Shown here: piece after piece, positions 12,201 through 24,210 of the stretch
Position numbering within the stretch: position 1 is the stretch's first letter
Layout of the letters: every line of letters begins with the position of its first letter
Source: Felis catus
Lineage: Eukaryota
Direction: 5' to 3'
Assembly (NCBI RefSeq): GCF_018350175.1
Contig: NC_058368.1
Location: 192,884,001-192,948,000, forward strand
DNA length: 64,000 bases
Position numbers and translations under genes: made by a program
The notes under the pieces: generated by a model
The model's input: only the letters and a program-made list of their open reading frames with translations
Told to the model about the DNA's origin: nothing
Databases searched by the model: none

Positions 12201-13419
12201 TGGAGAAGCTTCCTGAGAACCCGAGAACAGCACCAACAGAGAAGAAAGTGGAGCAGAGAGATCACCCAGTTACCCAAGCCAGCCCCTGACGTCATCCTTG
12301 CCGCCACTCCAGCTCACCTCCCGCGTTCAAACAATTACCTAATAATGCTGATTTTATGGCCTAATAAATTTTAAAGTTATACCTTCCCCTCTAGGCCTAC
12401 TACACGAGACGTATTTCAGGTGCCTGCAAGAAGGAGAACCCTGCTACCTCAAATGGCCGAATTCCCTGCCTTGGGAACCAGCCTCCATCCTCATCTATGG
12501 ACTGGCCTTGGCCTAGGATTTGCCCGACCCGGCTAGAAAGGATGAGTGGAGCCTGTCAGATTCTGTCTCCGAAATTGGAATCAAGTGCCACAAAGGGAAG
12601 AAGGCAGCTACTGCTGGTCCCCAAAGGTGGACGTTCAGGTAACATCAGGGTGGAGATTACTCCTGGGCCACACACAAGGAGAAAGCACAGGAAAGCAAAA
12701 ACCTCGGAGAAACACCGGAAGTACATCAGTCAAATGAAGACAATAGAGCAGGAGTGCAAGGAACAGAGGCACCGAGAGAGAAAACGACGCACGAGAACCA
12801 CCTCGGCTCCTGGTCTTCTAGCTCCAGTGCTGGTTTCCGGGATCCTGCCTGCATCCCTGCCCTGGGGCTTCTGCAAGGTTTCCTGCTATATTCTCTTTCC
12901 CCGAAGTTGTGAGTGAGTTTCTGGCCCTTCTGATCCCAGGAGCCCTGGCCTTGGTACCCTAATCTCAAAGTCCAGGTTAAAGCCTTTATCACCGCTCACA
13001 TGAATTGTTGCAATAGTCTCCTAACTCCGCTGCCGCTTCGGGCCCGTACCCCTTAGCCGTCCCCCTCCCCGCCAGCGGTGACTATTCCGGTGTGCAAATA
13101 GTCCGGTGACTATTGCCATGTGTTTCCCCGTGGCGGTTTCATTGTCTTCACCATTGAGTTCCCGCGGCTGGCCTTGCGCTTCGTGCGAAACAACCTTACT
13201 TAACCATGTTGTCTCTCACCTCCATGGCCTTGCTTATGCTGGTCCCCCTTCCAGGACTATCCTTCACAGCCTTCTGTGGATGAATTCCTACTGAGATGTC
13301 ATTTCCTCCCTCGCTTATGCACTGACTTCTGCTCCTCCAAGAGCCCCTTCCTCTTTTTCCCATAGGACTTGTGTAATTTCCACTTTAGTATTTACATGTT
13401 AATAAAGATGAGGATGAGG

Positions 13420-13610
13420 ATAATTATGGAGCTCTTATTACATATCAAACTCTTAGCTAGCACTTTACAAACGTTATTTCTTTTAATCCTCACCAAAACC
13501 CTATGAGGTAAGTTCTGTTACTATTCCTACTTTCCCGAAGAGACACCTGAAGCAGGGAGGTGAAATGACTTACCCAAAGTCACACAGGTAGGAAATGGTG
13601 GACTTAGGTC
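13420..13610 (-). mobile_element. MIR
   Basis: tttaatcctcaccaaaaccctatgaggta...gtgaaatgacttacccaaagtcacacag core. Confidence 0.8.
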
Positions 13611-13659
13611 TATTGTTCATCTCTTCCTTAAAAAAAAAAAAAAAAAAAAAAAAAATTAG

Positions 13660-13875
13660 CGGCTTCCAGGGCTTAGTTGGTTAAGCATGCAACTCTTAAT
13701 CTCTGCTCAGGTCATGATCTCGCAGTTCATGAGATTGAGCCCCGCATGGGGCTCTGGGCTGACAGTGCAGAGCCTGCTTGGGATTCTCTTTCTCCCTCTC
13801 CCCCCTGCCCTCTCACTCACATGTGCATGCTCTGTCTCTCTCAGAGACATAAATAAATAAACTTAAAAATTATTT
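13660..13875 (+). mobile_element. Can-SINE, preceded by a 26-nt A run
   Basis: ttagttggttaagcatgcaactctt...ctcaggtcatgatctc...aataaataaaacttaaaa. Confidence 0.85.
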
Positions 13876-13999
13876 TAAAAATAGCAGCTTTATTGAGATA
13901 TAACTCACATGTCCTACAATACACTCACCCACTTAAAGTGTGCAATTCAGTGGTTTGGGGTATAATTCACAGAGTTGTGTGCAACCACCACCATAATTT

Positions 14000-14246
14000 T
14001 TATTTTATTTTATTTTATTTATTAAAAAATTTTAATGTTTATTTATTTTTGAGAGAGAGACACACACAGAGAGACACAGCATGAGTGGGGGAGGGGCAGA
14101 GAGAGAGGGAGACACAGAATCCGAAGCAGGCTCCAGGCTCTGAGCTGTCAGCACAGAGCCCATCACGGGGCTTGAACTCACAAACCGCGAGATCATGACC
14201 TGAGCTGAAGTCAGACACTTGACTGACTGAGCCACCCAGGTGCCCC
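14000..14246 (-). mobile_element. Can-SINE (SINEC_Fc-like) inserted in an old L1M 3' fragment (~13885-14300)
   Basis: Complete reverse-complement SINE, flanked by the related sequences accaccataatttt and accaccacaatttt. Confidence 0.92.
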
Positions 14247-15183
14247 CACCACCACAATTTTAGAACCTTTTCATCACCCCCAAAAGAAACTCATAGTCAT
14301 GAATCGCTCATTTCTTGATGCTCTGCTACCAGTTAGCCTGGGACCCAGCATAGAGCATGTTCTCAACCAGCACTTGTTGAAGACTGGGTAGTTACCCCAA
14401 GTTAGAGGACAGTGGAAGGTGGAAGACAGCCTCTTTGTGCAACACTCTTTGCATCTAACATCAAACAAGGATTTGCCTGATCCTACCATTTATTGATTTT
14501 ATGCTGTTTCTCTAATTACAGCCACCACTTATTATCTCTTACGTGCCATGCCATGCATTGAGTGACGTGTATACATTATCTTATCAATGCTCACAAGGAC
14601 ACCTAGAAGTAGGTATTTTTGCATCCATGATACAGATGAGGAAACTGAGGCTCAGGGATGTCGTTAATTTGTGTAACATCATACAACTTAGAATCACCAT
14701 CATCTTAACATTAAGTACATTGCTAGTGTGTATAACTGAACACTGAACCATATCTAGGCATTATGCTAAGTTCTTTATGTGAAACACCCATTTATCCATA
14801 TTAGCCATTCATGCAACAGATATTAAGAACCTACCCCGTACCAGGCCCTATGGCGAATGCTAGGGATTCAGTGGTGGGCAAACAGATAAATCCACAGTCT
14901 CACAGGGCTCATGGTCTGGTGGCAGAAAAGGCATTCTAACAATGAACACACAAGTAATTGTTTTAGGTGGGAAGAAGGAAGGTCCTCATGGTTATTAGGT
15001 GCAGATCTGGTATTAGAACCGAATACTATTGAAATCCAAGTTCAAGAAATTCCAAGACTCTTTCTGCCAAGTTACACCAGCATGACTCCCTTAGGCTGAT
15101 CTAAGGAGACTTTGGGTTTGCTTGCCCTGTAGGAGGTCTGCCACTTCCTACGGAAGGCCTTAATGAACAATACAACAAAGGCT

Positions 15184-15186
<3 letters not shown>

Positions 15187-15220
<34 letters not shown>
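15187..15220. repeat. (CA)n microsatellite
   Basis: Direct reading. Confidence 0.95.
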
Positions 15221-15339
15221 TTACTTAGACGACGCATACCTTCAACTGGGGAGAGAGCTAGGAGAGAAGCAATGCGGTGCACCTTGCAAATGCTTTCTTT
15301 CCTCAGCTGGGGGACTCAAGTTTGAAGAGCATTTTTCTA

Positions 15340-15720
15340 TTCGCTGTGTTGCGCATTTGTTTTTATCATGTAAATGATTCTGAAGATCACTCCACTTAAA
15401 CATGTAGAGACTGTCCCATTTTGTTTTCCAGTTGCAAAGTACTCCATGATGTGAACAAACCAGGGTTCAAACAGTCCCCTGCAATAGACATCTGGAGTTG
15501 TTTGCATTTGAGGCTAGTGAAGTAATAATGCCTTAATGAATAATTGGGTGTATGTCTTGTTCGTTAACATGGAGGTGAATCTTCAGGGGAAATTCTTGGA
15601 AGTAGGATTGGCTGGACCAAAGGGTAACCACTTCTTTAGTTTTGAAAGATATCGCCTAGCTCCCTACCAACAAGGGTCGACTCCTTTTGTACTCCTACCG
15701 ACAATGAATGAGAGTGCTTG
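15340..15720 (-). mobile_element. Ancient L1ME-like fragment
   Basis: gtactccatgatgtg...tagacatctggagttgttt...ttcttggaagtaggattggctggaccaaagggt. Confidence 0.6.
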
Positions 15721-16573
15721 ACCCCTTCACATACCAGACACACGCAATATTTTTTTAAGCACGCATTTGATAATAAAGACCTACACTCCCCAGTTTCTCT
15801 TAAAAATTGCAAGATCAGGCAAATACTGGGCCTGCTTTCCTGCATAGCCGTGACAAGCTGAGGCTGAGGGGTCACCGAGGCCAAGTTGTCACCATGGCCC
15901 TTGTGGGTCTTGGAAGTTTCAACTCCTGATCTCATCTAGCCCCTTCATTATGAAGATGAGGAGACTCTAGAAATTCATAGAAGAAAGTGAGTGGGGACTA
16001 GAACTTGGGTCTCCTACCTCCCAGTCCACTGCACCATCCGGCCTCCAGAGTAAGCCCAAGAGGGATGAGACAGACGTGAGGCAGCGTAAGTGTATAAAAG
16101 CACTGACAATTTGGCGTTAAAATTGGAATTGTTTTTTTAGCATTTACTTTGCTCGGTAAATATATCACACTACCTTGTAGTTGATTAAACTGTGACTAAT
16201 CCACACAGAGCAGAGTGACAAATTGGTTTCTATTTCTTCTGAGCAACCAAAAAGAGGGCTGATGCCACAGCAGAAAGATTCAGTTACTCATTCATTCCTT
16301 TGTGCATCGAACACAAATTGTGTGCCAGCCTCCGATCCAGGCACTGGGGGTTCAAAGATGACTAACAGGCATTTAAACACAGAACAAACAAGTATGCAAA
16401 ACCTTGATGGAACACTAGAAGTGTTTTATTGAAGGACCATACAGGCTGCCGTGAGAGCTCAGAGGAGGGATTGTAATTCTGCTGGGGGGCATATAGGAGA
16501 GGTCACACAGGAGGTGTTATTTGGGTGGATTCTGAAGGACGTGTAGGAGTTCGCTAAGAAAATGAAAATGAAG

Positions 16574-17181
16574 TGTTGCAGGAATTTTTTGGGTTTTTTT
16601 TTTTGTTGTTGTTGTTGTTGTTTTTACCACATCCTGGGGTTCGTTGTCTTGCCGTTTCGAAGAATGAAGAGGGGGACACAAAATGAGCAGCGGGCAAAAG
16701 TTTATTAGAGTATAAGATCAGAAAGGAAGAATAGTATGAAAGCCCTCTTTGCAGAGAGGGGGCATTCGAAAGTGAATCGGCAAGGCCCTTGTTTTTTCTG
16801 GTCAACCCTCCCTTCCTTTCCACCTTGTTCCTTCTCAGGTCCTACCCTTATCAGCTTGACAGTTCTAGGCGCTGGGTTGTCCATTCCTGATTGGCTCGAG
16901 TCCATTTTGTGAGGGGTGGTCTATGGCCATATATATTCCTTGTGGGTCATACGTTTTATGGTCTACTACTTATTTTTAGTTAGGTCTTTTGTCAAATTCC
17001 TGAGGGAAACCTGAGGGGGAGGAGCTGTCTGTTAGATTCTGAAGAGGAACTTTATGCCTGAGGGAGTTTGCTGTGGTCAGACACTCCCAGCATTGTTCCA
17101 AAATATGTGTTTTGCCCCACCCAGGGACCTCAGGTCCTGATCTTTCCCTCTCTGCCAACTGAAGCCTATCTTTTCCTATCA
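16574..17181 (-). mobile_element. Solo LTR (carnivore ERV-type) inserted in an L2 relic
   Basis: TG...CA termini. tttatt at ~16701 is AATAAA on -, and attgg at ~16890 is CCAAT on -. Flanks tgaag / taaag form an imperfect TSD. Confidence 0.75.
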
Positions 17182-17203
17182 TAAAGGGACATGGGAAGGA
17201 ATT

Positions 17204-17543
17204 TCAGAACATGACTGTATTTGGAGACAGGGTCTCTAAAGAAGTAATTAAGTTAAAACGAGGACCTTGGGGTGGGTCCCAGCCCAACCTGATGGGTGAC
17301 CTTACAAGAAGAAGAAATTTGGACACAGAGAGACATCAGCAATGCACTCACAGGAAAGGCCACTTGAGGACACAGCAAGAAGGTAGCCAACTGCAAGCCA
17401 AGGAGAGAGGCCCCAAAAGAAACCAAACCTACTGACAGCTTGATCTTAGACTTCCAGCTTCCACAGCTGTGAGAAAATAATTTGCTCTGTTCAAACTACC
17501 TAACCCATGGTATTTTGTTAGGGCAACCCTAACAAACCAATAC
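17204..17543 (+). mobile_element. MaLR LTR (MLT1A/B-like)
   Basis: gactgtatttggagacagggtctctaaagaagtaattaagttaaa...tggtattttgtta...aaccaataca. Confidence 0.85.
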
Positions 17544-17947
17544 AGGCACCAAGCTTCCAGAGAGCAGTTAAGAGTGGGTGACAATCAAGACCAACAAAAA
17601 GAAAGGGAATGAGGAGGGGTGGGGAAACTGAGGATGAAAATGAGGCAGGAAAGAGGAGTTTGAATGTGGCAGAAACAGAGTTAGTCAAGCCAAAGAAGTT
17701 CAGTCAACCTCCAGTCTTCTATAGTGATTACCCAGTTTGTAGATATATATTTAAAAATTTTATTTTCAGCAATGTAATGTATGCATATGGTTGCAAAATT
17801 AAATAATTCAGAGAACTTATAATAAAAAACAACTGCTCTCCCCCATGTCCTGTTCCCCAGAGAGCAATCAGCTTTGGCTAAAACAGAGTTGTCATGTGCT
17901 GAGTTCTGTGCTAAACTTCTCTGTAAGTTGTTTTCATGAGTGCTCAC

Positions 17948-18065
17948 CACAACCCCATGAGGTAGCTACCATTATTATGCCCGTTGTACAGATGGGAAAA
18001 CTAAGGCACAACCCCATGAGGTAGCTACCATTATCATGCCTGTTGTACAGATGGGAAAACTAAGG
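17948..18065. repeat. 59-bp tandem duplication inside a MIR
   Basis: Copies at 17948-18006 and 18007-18065 differ at 2 positions. Confidence 0.95.
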
Positions 18066-19044
18066 CATAGAAAAAATAAGTGATCTGTCCAAGGTCCTAT
18101 ATAGCCGGTAAGCAATAGAAATAGAAAGCAACTCAGGTCTGACTCCATACACCTAAATACTCTTAACCATCATACTCTGGTGGTTCCTGTCAAAGCCTTA
18201 TTACCTGTGCTCCTTGATTTACCAACTCTGGACGTTATCTATTGACTTCTTAGTATGATTGATGAGGATTTAGCTCACTTAATCCTCCTGCCTTCTGCCT
18301 TCCAATTTTAGATAGATACACTGCAATATTTAGTTCTGATGTGGGTACCTTTGAGGCTTTAAATGATACACATAAACCTCAATTCCTTGCTTGTACTCTA
18401 CAAACATTTGTTAATTGGTTGTGAATTGGGTGACAGAAAGGCCATCCCAAATGTTCTTCTTACCCATCTTCATCCACCGTAACACTTAGCTCTGTAATGG
18501 GCACCCCACAGGTGCTTGATAAATACCTGGGTAACAGAAATAAATGCAGAGAAACTTAACAGCATCAAAGGTGGGAGATGACCAACAAATCTCAGCTAGG
18601 AGAAGGGCATGATAATTGCAGCCTGCAATGTCAGACTGACTTCTTTGGAGACACAGCCTCCCACCGAGGAGGGAACAAGGAGCTATAAAATGGAAATTGA
18701 AGGAGAATCGCTTCAGAGCAGCTGTCAGGAAGCACTTCCCCCAGCAGAGACAGCAGATGACCTCGCTGCAAGGTTGTCTGGGCTCACACACCTGGGCGTG
18801 TCCTGCCAACTTAAGGAGGCCACCAGGGAACTCCATTCAGCGCCCCCCCCCATCTCCCCATAGTGGCAAATGGGGGGTATTCTGCCAACATCAGTTCCAC
18901 AGTGGGCTTTCTGAAAGGGGTGGCGGGGGCAGCTCCCTGGGGGAGGCTTCTCCCATAGCCTGGAGAATCTGGGCCCTCATACCTGTAAAGAACCCAATTA
19001 CATAAAGATGAAGGCCATCTGCATAGGGTCTTTGTTCATGCCAT

Positions 19045-19375
19045 CCTTCTGCCTGTAGCATCCTCCCCACTTTCAGCCTAGCTAATTCTTACTTATCTTT
19101 GTACTTCTGGTCGGATGCACTGTCTCAGAAAGGGATTCCAGATCCTCCGAGGGTGCGTCACATCTGCTATTACACATCCTCTAAGTATTTTGCTTTGATG
19201 TCACAGTGGTGAGTTTACATTTATTAGAGTCATTACTTGTATAAAGCCTCACCCTCGAGATTGGGACCATCTCTGATTTTGCTCACCACTGTGTCCCTGC
19301 ACCTAGCACAGCATCCAGCGCATAACAGGTGCTCTGTAAACATTTCTTGAATGAATGAAGAGGTGAATGAATGAG
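19045..19375 (+). mobile_element. L2 3' end relic
   Basis: tttgctcaccactgtgtccctgcacctagcacag...aaacatttcttgaatgaatgaa. Confidence 0.7.
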
Positions 19376-20239
19376 TCTGAATTCAATCCCTTTAATCAAG
19401 TGGTTCATTTATGTGAGGTTTTGCCCCCCGAAAACCCAGCATCATGGCACCTAAAGAGAAGAGGATGTAGCTTTCAGACCCTGACTGCCCCAGTCCAGAC
19501 TCATGATTCACCTTCTGAAAATTCAGTGACTGGCATCTCTGATGACTCACACAGACTCCTGGGGGATGCTCCCCACACACATTCTTTTCTTCCCTTCGCT
19601 CCTGTCCTCCCCCATCAATCTGTCAGCAGGCTGGGTCTTTTTGCCTCCTACTAGGTAGTTCTCAGTCCTGGCTTCAGCTGACTGACCAGAGCAGCCTTTT
19701 AAACAGACAGATGCTTGAATTTCTGATTCAGGGGCTCCAAGGTGGGCTCAGGGAAGTGTTCATTTAAAAATTCTCTCCAGGGGGATTCTGATGTGTGACC
19801 CACTCTCTAAATGGATCTCAAAGCTGTCTCCTTTCCTATAGCCACCTGCCCTAGTCCAGACCTGTCCACGCCCTCTTCCCCCCCCCCCCCCCCGGGGAGA
19901 GCAGTTTCCTCTCTGGTTTCTCAGGGCTCCAAGCTTGGGGTCCCCAGTCCATTCCCTGTGAGGCAGCCTGCCAGAAAGATCTTTCTACAATTAAAGCCTC
20001 TAGAATTTCACTCTTCTGCATAAAACATCTCCCTGCGTCCCACTGCCTGCAGGACAAACCCCAAACTCCTGGAGAGCCTCACAGGCGCTGTTCACTTCTC
20101 TAGGCTCACCTCCTTGGTTGAGCCTCAGCCACCTCACTCACACTCTGCCCTAACACGTGAGCTATCCTAAGGGCCTGAAGGAGCCGGTCCACATTCTCTC
20201 CTTCATCTGGGTCTGTGCACAATGGCTCCCCTCACCCAA

Positions 20240-20678
20240 TGTTAAAGAAAAATCTATTCTGACACTTGTTAAACTGATAAGGAAGGTTATTGAGGACCAT
20301 TGTAATAGGAGTTTGGCAATAAGGGAGAGAGAGCTCAACTCCCACTACAACAATGATATACACAATGAGCACAGTGAGGGCATCAGTGGATGGAAAATTA
20401 CTAAGAGGGAGTGTCCAGGGTAGGGGGATTTTGCTAAGCTGACCTAACAGGGTTCTTGCTAAAGGCAAAGGGCTAGACATCCAGGGTAAGAGATGAGGAA
20501 TTTGCTCAGATATCAAGGGTGGTCAGATCTCCTGGGTGAGGGGATGACCTGGCAGGACTCTTTGCTAAGTCTGGGCTGGGCAGACCAAAGACAGGATGGG
20601 CACTAAGATCGAGGCCCAGGTGAGAAAAGGGCTCAGGGGAACCTGGCTGAAGTTTGGTCCGGGACAGCGTCTCTGTCA
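20240..20678. mobile_element. Old ERV1-type solo LTR (MER31/MER67-like, subfamily uncertain)
   Basis: tgttaaagaaaaatctattctgacacttgttaaa start and ...ctgtca end. Flanks ccaa / ccag form a 4-bp TSD with 1 mismatch. Confidence 0.65.
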
Positions 20679-21026
20679 CCAGGAACAATTGACTGTGTTC
20701 TGCTCTGCGTCTGACAATGCCAGCTTCTCCAGTTCCTGTGCAGGCAGAGCCTCCTCTGGGAAGTCTTCCCTGATACTCCTCCGCTGCCCGGGGCCCCTCA
20801 CCTGTCCTGTGTTAGCATTTGTGGCCTCCTAGTGTTGTGATCTGTTTCCTTGCCTGCTCCTGAGCTTGGCTGTAAGCAATTGGAGGGCAGGCACCCTGTC
20901 TTGAATCCAATGCCTAACACAGCGTTTAGCTATCAATAAATATTTGTTAAATGAATACATACTGATGAACAAGGCTCTCGTGGAATCGCTCCTCTGCTCT
21001 GAAACAAGCAGTGACTGTATTGCCTG

Positions 21027-21199
21027 CATCCATGGTTCTTGGACTTTGGTGAGCATCCGAACTGTCAGGAGGGCTTGTTGAACACTTGGTGCTCGGTCCC
21101 CCTCCAGAGTTTCTGGTTCAGTAGGTTGGATTGGGGCCTAAGAATCTGCACATCTAACAACAGGTGAAGCTGATCCAGATGGCACTTTGATAGTCACTG
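21027..21199. mobile_element. MER5A-like relic
   Basis: ccagagtttctggttcagtaggttggattggggcctaagaatctgcacatctaacaa. Confidence 0.75.
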
Positions 21200-22692
21200 A
21201 CATGCAGGATTGCAGCGGATATCATCCCCAGGCGAGATGCACCATACTATTTAAAAAATCCAAAGATGATAAGACTTAGTAGGCAGATTTCAGGTGAGGT
21301 GTGAAGCAGATATGATCTCATGATCTAGGTGACCTTCTTCCCTGCCTAAAGTATAAGATTCCCTCTCTCCCTGCCTCCCTGTCTCTCTCATTTGCAGCCC
21401 AGAGCAATAGCTCAAGACTTCATTGCCTTGCCCCATGCTTCATTTGCTGTGGGAGAGGCTGCCTCTCAGGCCCCTCTGCCAGGCCTGGTGCCAGGCTGAG
21501 AGCAGGGACTGCGGGCCCCTGGGCGGCTGAGTGGAATACTAATGCAGGTGGCCCAAGGAGTGGCAGTGCCCTGAGCCCTCTCCCTTTTCGGTCCCCGCGA
21601 TTAGCTGCTGCTGCAAATGACTGAGAGGGCAGAGAAAGCAGGACAGGGGTCATGTCTGAACCAGACAGGGCCGGACGGAGATCCCCCAAATGCCCCTGCC
21701 CGGCCCAAGAGGGGCCAATGCGCAGCTGTTTGCTGCACACAGACAGAGCTGGGATGTGAAAGCTGTGCCGTTCACACATGCATGTGAGGCTTTCGGGGTG
21801 TGAGGCAGAGTCAAGGGGTGGGAAGGGGGCCACGCCAGGAGCTGGGACTCGAGGCAACTTTCTGCATGTTGCCATGTGCCAAATTCTAAATTTGAACTTG
21901 ACCTTCTGGGCCAAAATAGAAGAATATTTGTCAAGATAGGAAGACAGGACATGTTTTTTTTGTTTGTTTTTTCTTGTTTTGTTTTTTTTTTTAGTTTGTT
22001 GCCTCAATTTGTAACTTCTAACTATTCAGACATGTGCTGTACTCTTGGCCAGGCCCTGCAAATGTTTGGCATAGGGCTGCCTGCCAGAGTGACGAGGTGA
22101 GCAGGACAGCCCCCTGAGAGGCTGTGCTGTTCCCCAGGGCCAGAATCACAAACTGGAAGCCCCAGTGCCTCCCTGAGGACTGGCTGGTAATCCTCAAAAG
22201 GGCAAGCAGCACTCTCTTTCTCCCTAGGAGGTAAGGGTGCATCCTGGTTCCACATTTAAATCACACGATTTCATCTGGTCACTGAGATAAAGGAAGAGGC
22301 CTGGACCTCGGGAGGCTTAGATTCTGGGGTCCCCATCAAGCTGCTGGATGGTGGTCGGGAGTGTGGGGTCAAAGCTCACACTGACACTTCCCAGACGTAT
22401 TTCCTTAGGCAAGCCACCTCTCGCAACCTCAGTGTCCTTGGTTGTTAAGAGGACATCGGTGTAATGCCTGCACACGGAGGGGTTTATGCCAAAGCCTTTG
22501 GGCTGGACCTGCATGGGTGGGTATTTCCTAAGTATTAGCTGCTATTTGTGATTTCCTGGTTAGTTCATCCCTATCTGGTGGGGCTTCTCCCCAGGCAGCC
22601 CTACCTTTTGGCACAGTTTGACAAATTGGAGAAGGATGTCCTCCAGGTTTCGGGCTTTCCCCTTGGACAGTCTTTGCTCATGGGTGCCCTTC

Positions 22693-22880
22693 TAACTCAT
22701 TTCAGGGACCCACGACTCTCATGGTGCATATCATGTACCTTTACCGATGCAGGTTCTTAGACCCCTGCCTCAGGCCTTCTGAGTCCCCAGGTTGAGTTTG
22801 GGCCCAGGTGTCTGCATTTTAATGAGCTCCCCAGAGGATTCTCATATAAGAGGCAGCTCTTGGGGGAACCCTGTGGTTGG
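22693..22880. mobile_element. MER5-like relic
   Basis: tgggcccaggtgtctgcattttaatgagctccccagaggattct. Confidence 0.55.
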
Positions 22881-23687
22881 CAAAGTGGACTGAAAGTCTG
22901 AACCCACAGCAGCTGCTGGAGGCAGATTCCTGTTCTATCTGAAGCACTTTTCTAAGAGTCAAAGCTGCCCAAGAATGGAATAAGCTGCCTTAAGAAGTAG
23001 TGAGCCCCCTGTCAATGCAGGTATGCAAGCACATGCCAGATAAATACCTGGCAGAGAGAGAGAGAACTCCAGCCCTAGCTCAGGAGTTGCAGTTCATGGC
23101 CATGACAATCTCTGTGGTTCCTTCTTCTTTGCCCTCTGCCCTACATCTCAGGAAATGCTGTCATTCGTCCAACTCCATCACCACGCTCCCTTTCCTAGGG
23201 ACATCTTGGTTTGAGTCTCATGTTTAAGAAAGGAATGAATGCTTTCCTGTTTTGGGACAAAAGGCTGGTGATGAAGAAGATCATTCTAGGCTGCCCCATT
23301 CAATTGCGCCACCACAGGGAACCCCCATCTGGGCCTCTGGGGCAGAGGAGCCCTGCCCTAGGCCTTCTGTACCTCCCCCCCTCCCCCCCTTTCCTTTTCC
23401 ATCGTCACACATAATTTATAAAAGGAGTTGGAGGCAAAGGATGCTGTTGAGTCAGTTTGAGACTGTGCCCAAGAGAGAACTTGGAGCTGCCGTGCCTTGT
23501 GGCAACTGTGCCTAACGCCGCGTGTAATCACCGCCATGTGTCTCTGTCAAGAACTCCAGTACGCTTCTCTGCGGTCCCCGGAAACTCCCCTGTCAGGACC
23601 CTCCAAGCAGAAGACAAATGGACAAGTTAGGGCAGTGGTAAATCCTGCTGTCCTTCTGTTGTCAGCGGCCCCTTGAAGCAAACCAGC

Positions 23688-23701
23688 CCAGCAGGGGGCA
23701 G
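23688..23701 (+). promoter_or_regulatory. Candidate CTCF site
   Basis: CCAGCAGGGGGCAG is an exact match to the core CCASYAGRKGGCRS. Confidence 0.55.
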
Positions 23702-23991
23702 AGGGGAGGGCACGCCTGGCAGCAAAGTTCTGGGGGACTGGGGTGCGTGGTTGCTCCCCAAGTGCATTTTCTCAAAGCGAGGCCCGGCCGATACTTTGTT
23801 TGGAGTGGACGGGTTGACATGCCAGTTACTAAGGATCTGAGAAAGAAGTCAGTGGATTTTTTTATCTGCTCATTTCACCACCAATCCCCAATGAAAGCCC
23901 CACATCCCAGCCTTGTCTGGCCCTAGGCCTGCTCTCCCAGATGGCAGAACCTGGCTAGGTGTCCCCTCACCTGTGTTCCAAATCCAGCAGA

Positions 23992-24210
23992 GGAGGGTCT
24001 GGGTGGCTCATGCGGTTAAGTGTCTGACCCTTGACTTCAGCTCAGGTCATGATCTCACGGTTCCTGAGTTCAAGCCCTGCATAGGGCTCCGCACTGACCG
24101 TGCAGAGCCTGCTTGGGATTGGGTCTCCCTCTCGCTCTGCCCCTCCCGTGCTTGCTCTCTCTCTCTCTCTCTCTTAAATAAAAATAAAACTTAAAAAAAA
24201 CTAAAAAAAA
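23992..24210 (+). mobile_element. Can-SINE
   Basis: ctgggtggctcatgcggttaag...(CT)n...aaataaaaataaaac, flanked by ccagcaga repeats. Confidence 0.9.

Noticed and set aside
21420..22007. 195-aa minus-strand ORF
   Set aside because: Non-ATG start in a low-complexity T-rich tract; no recognisable domain or exon evidence
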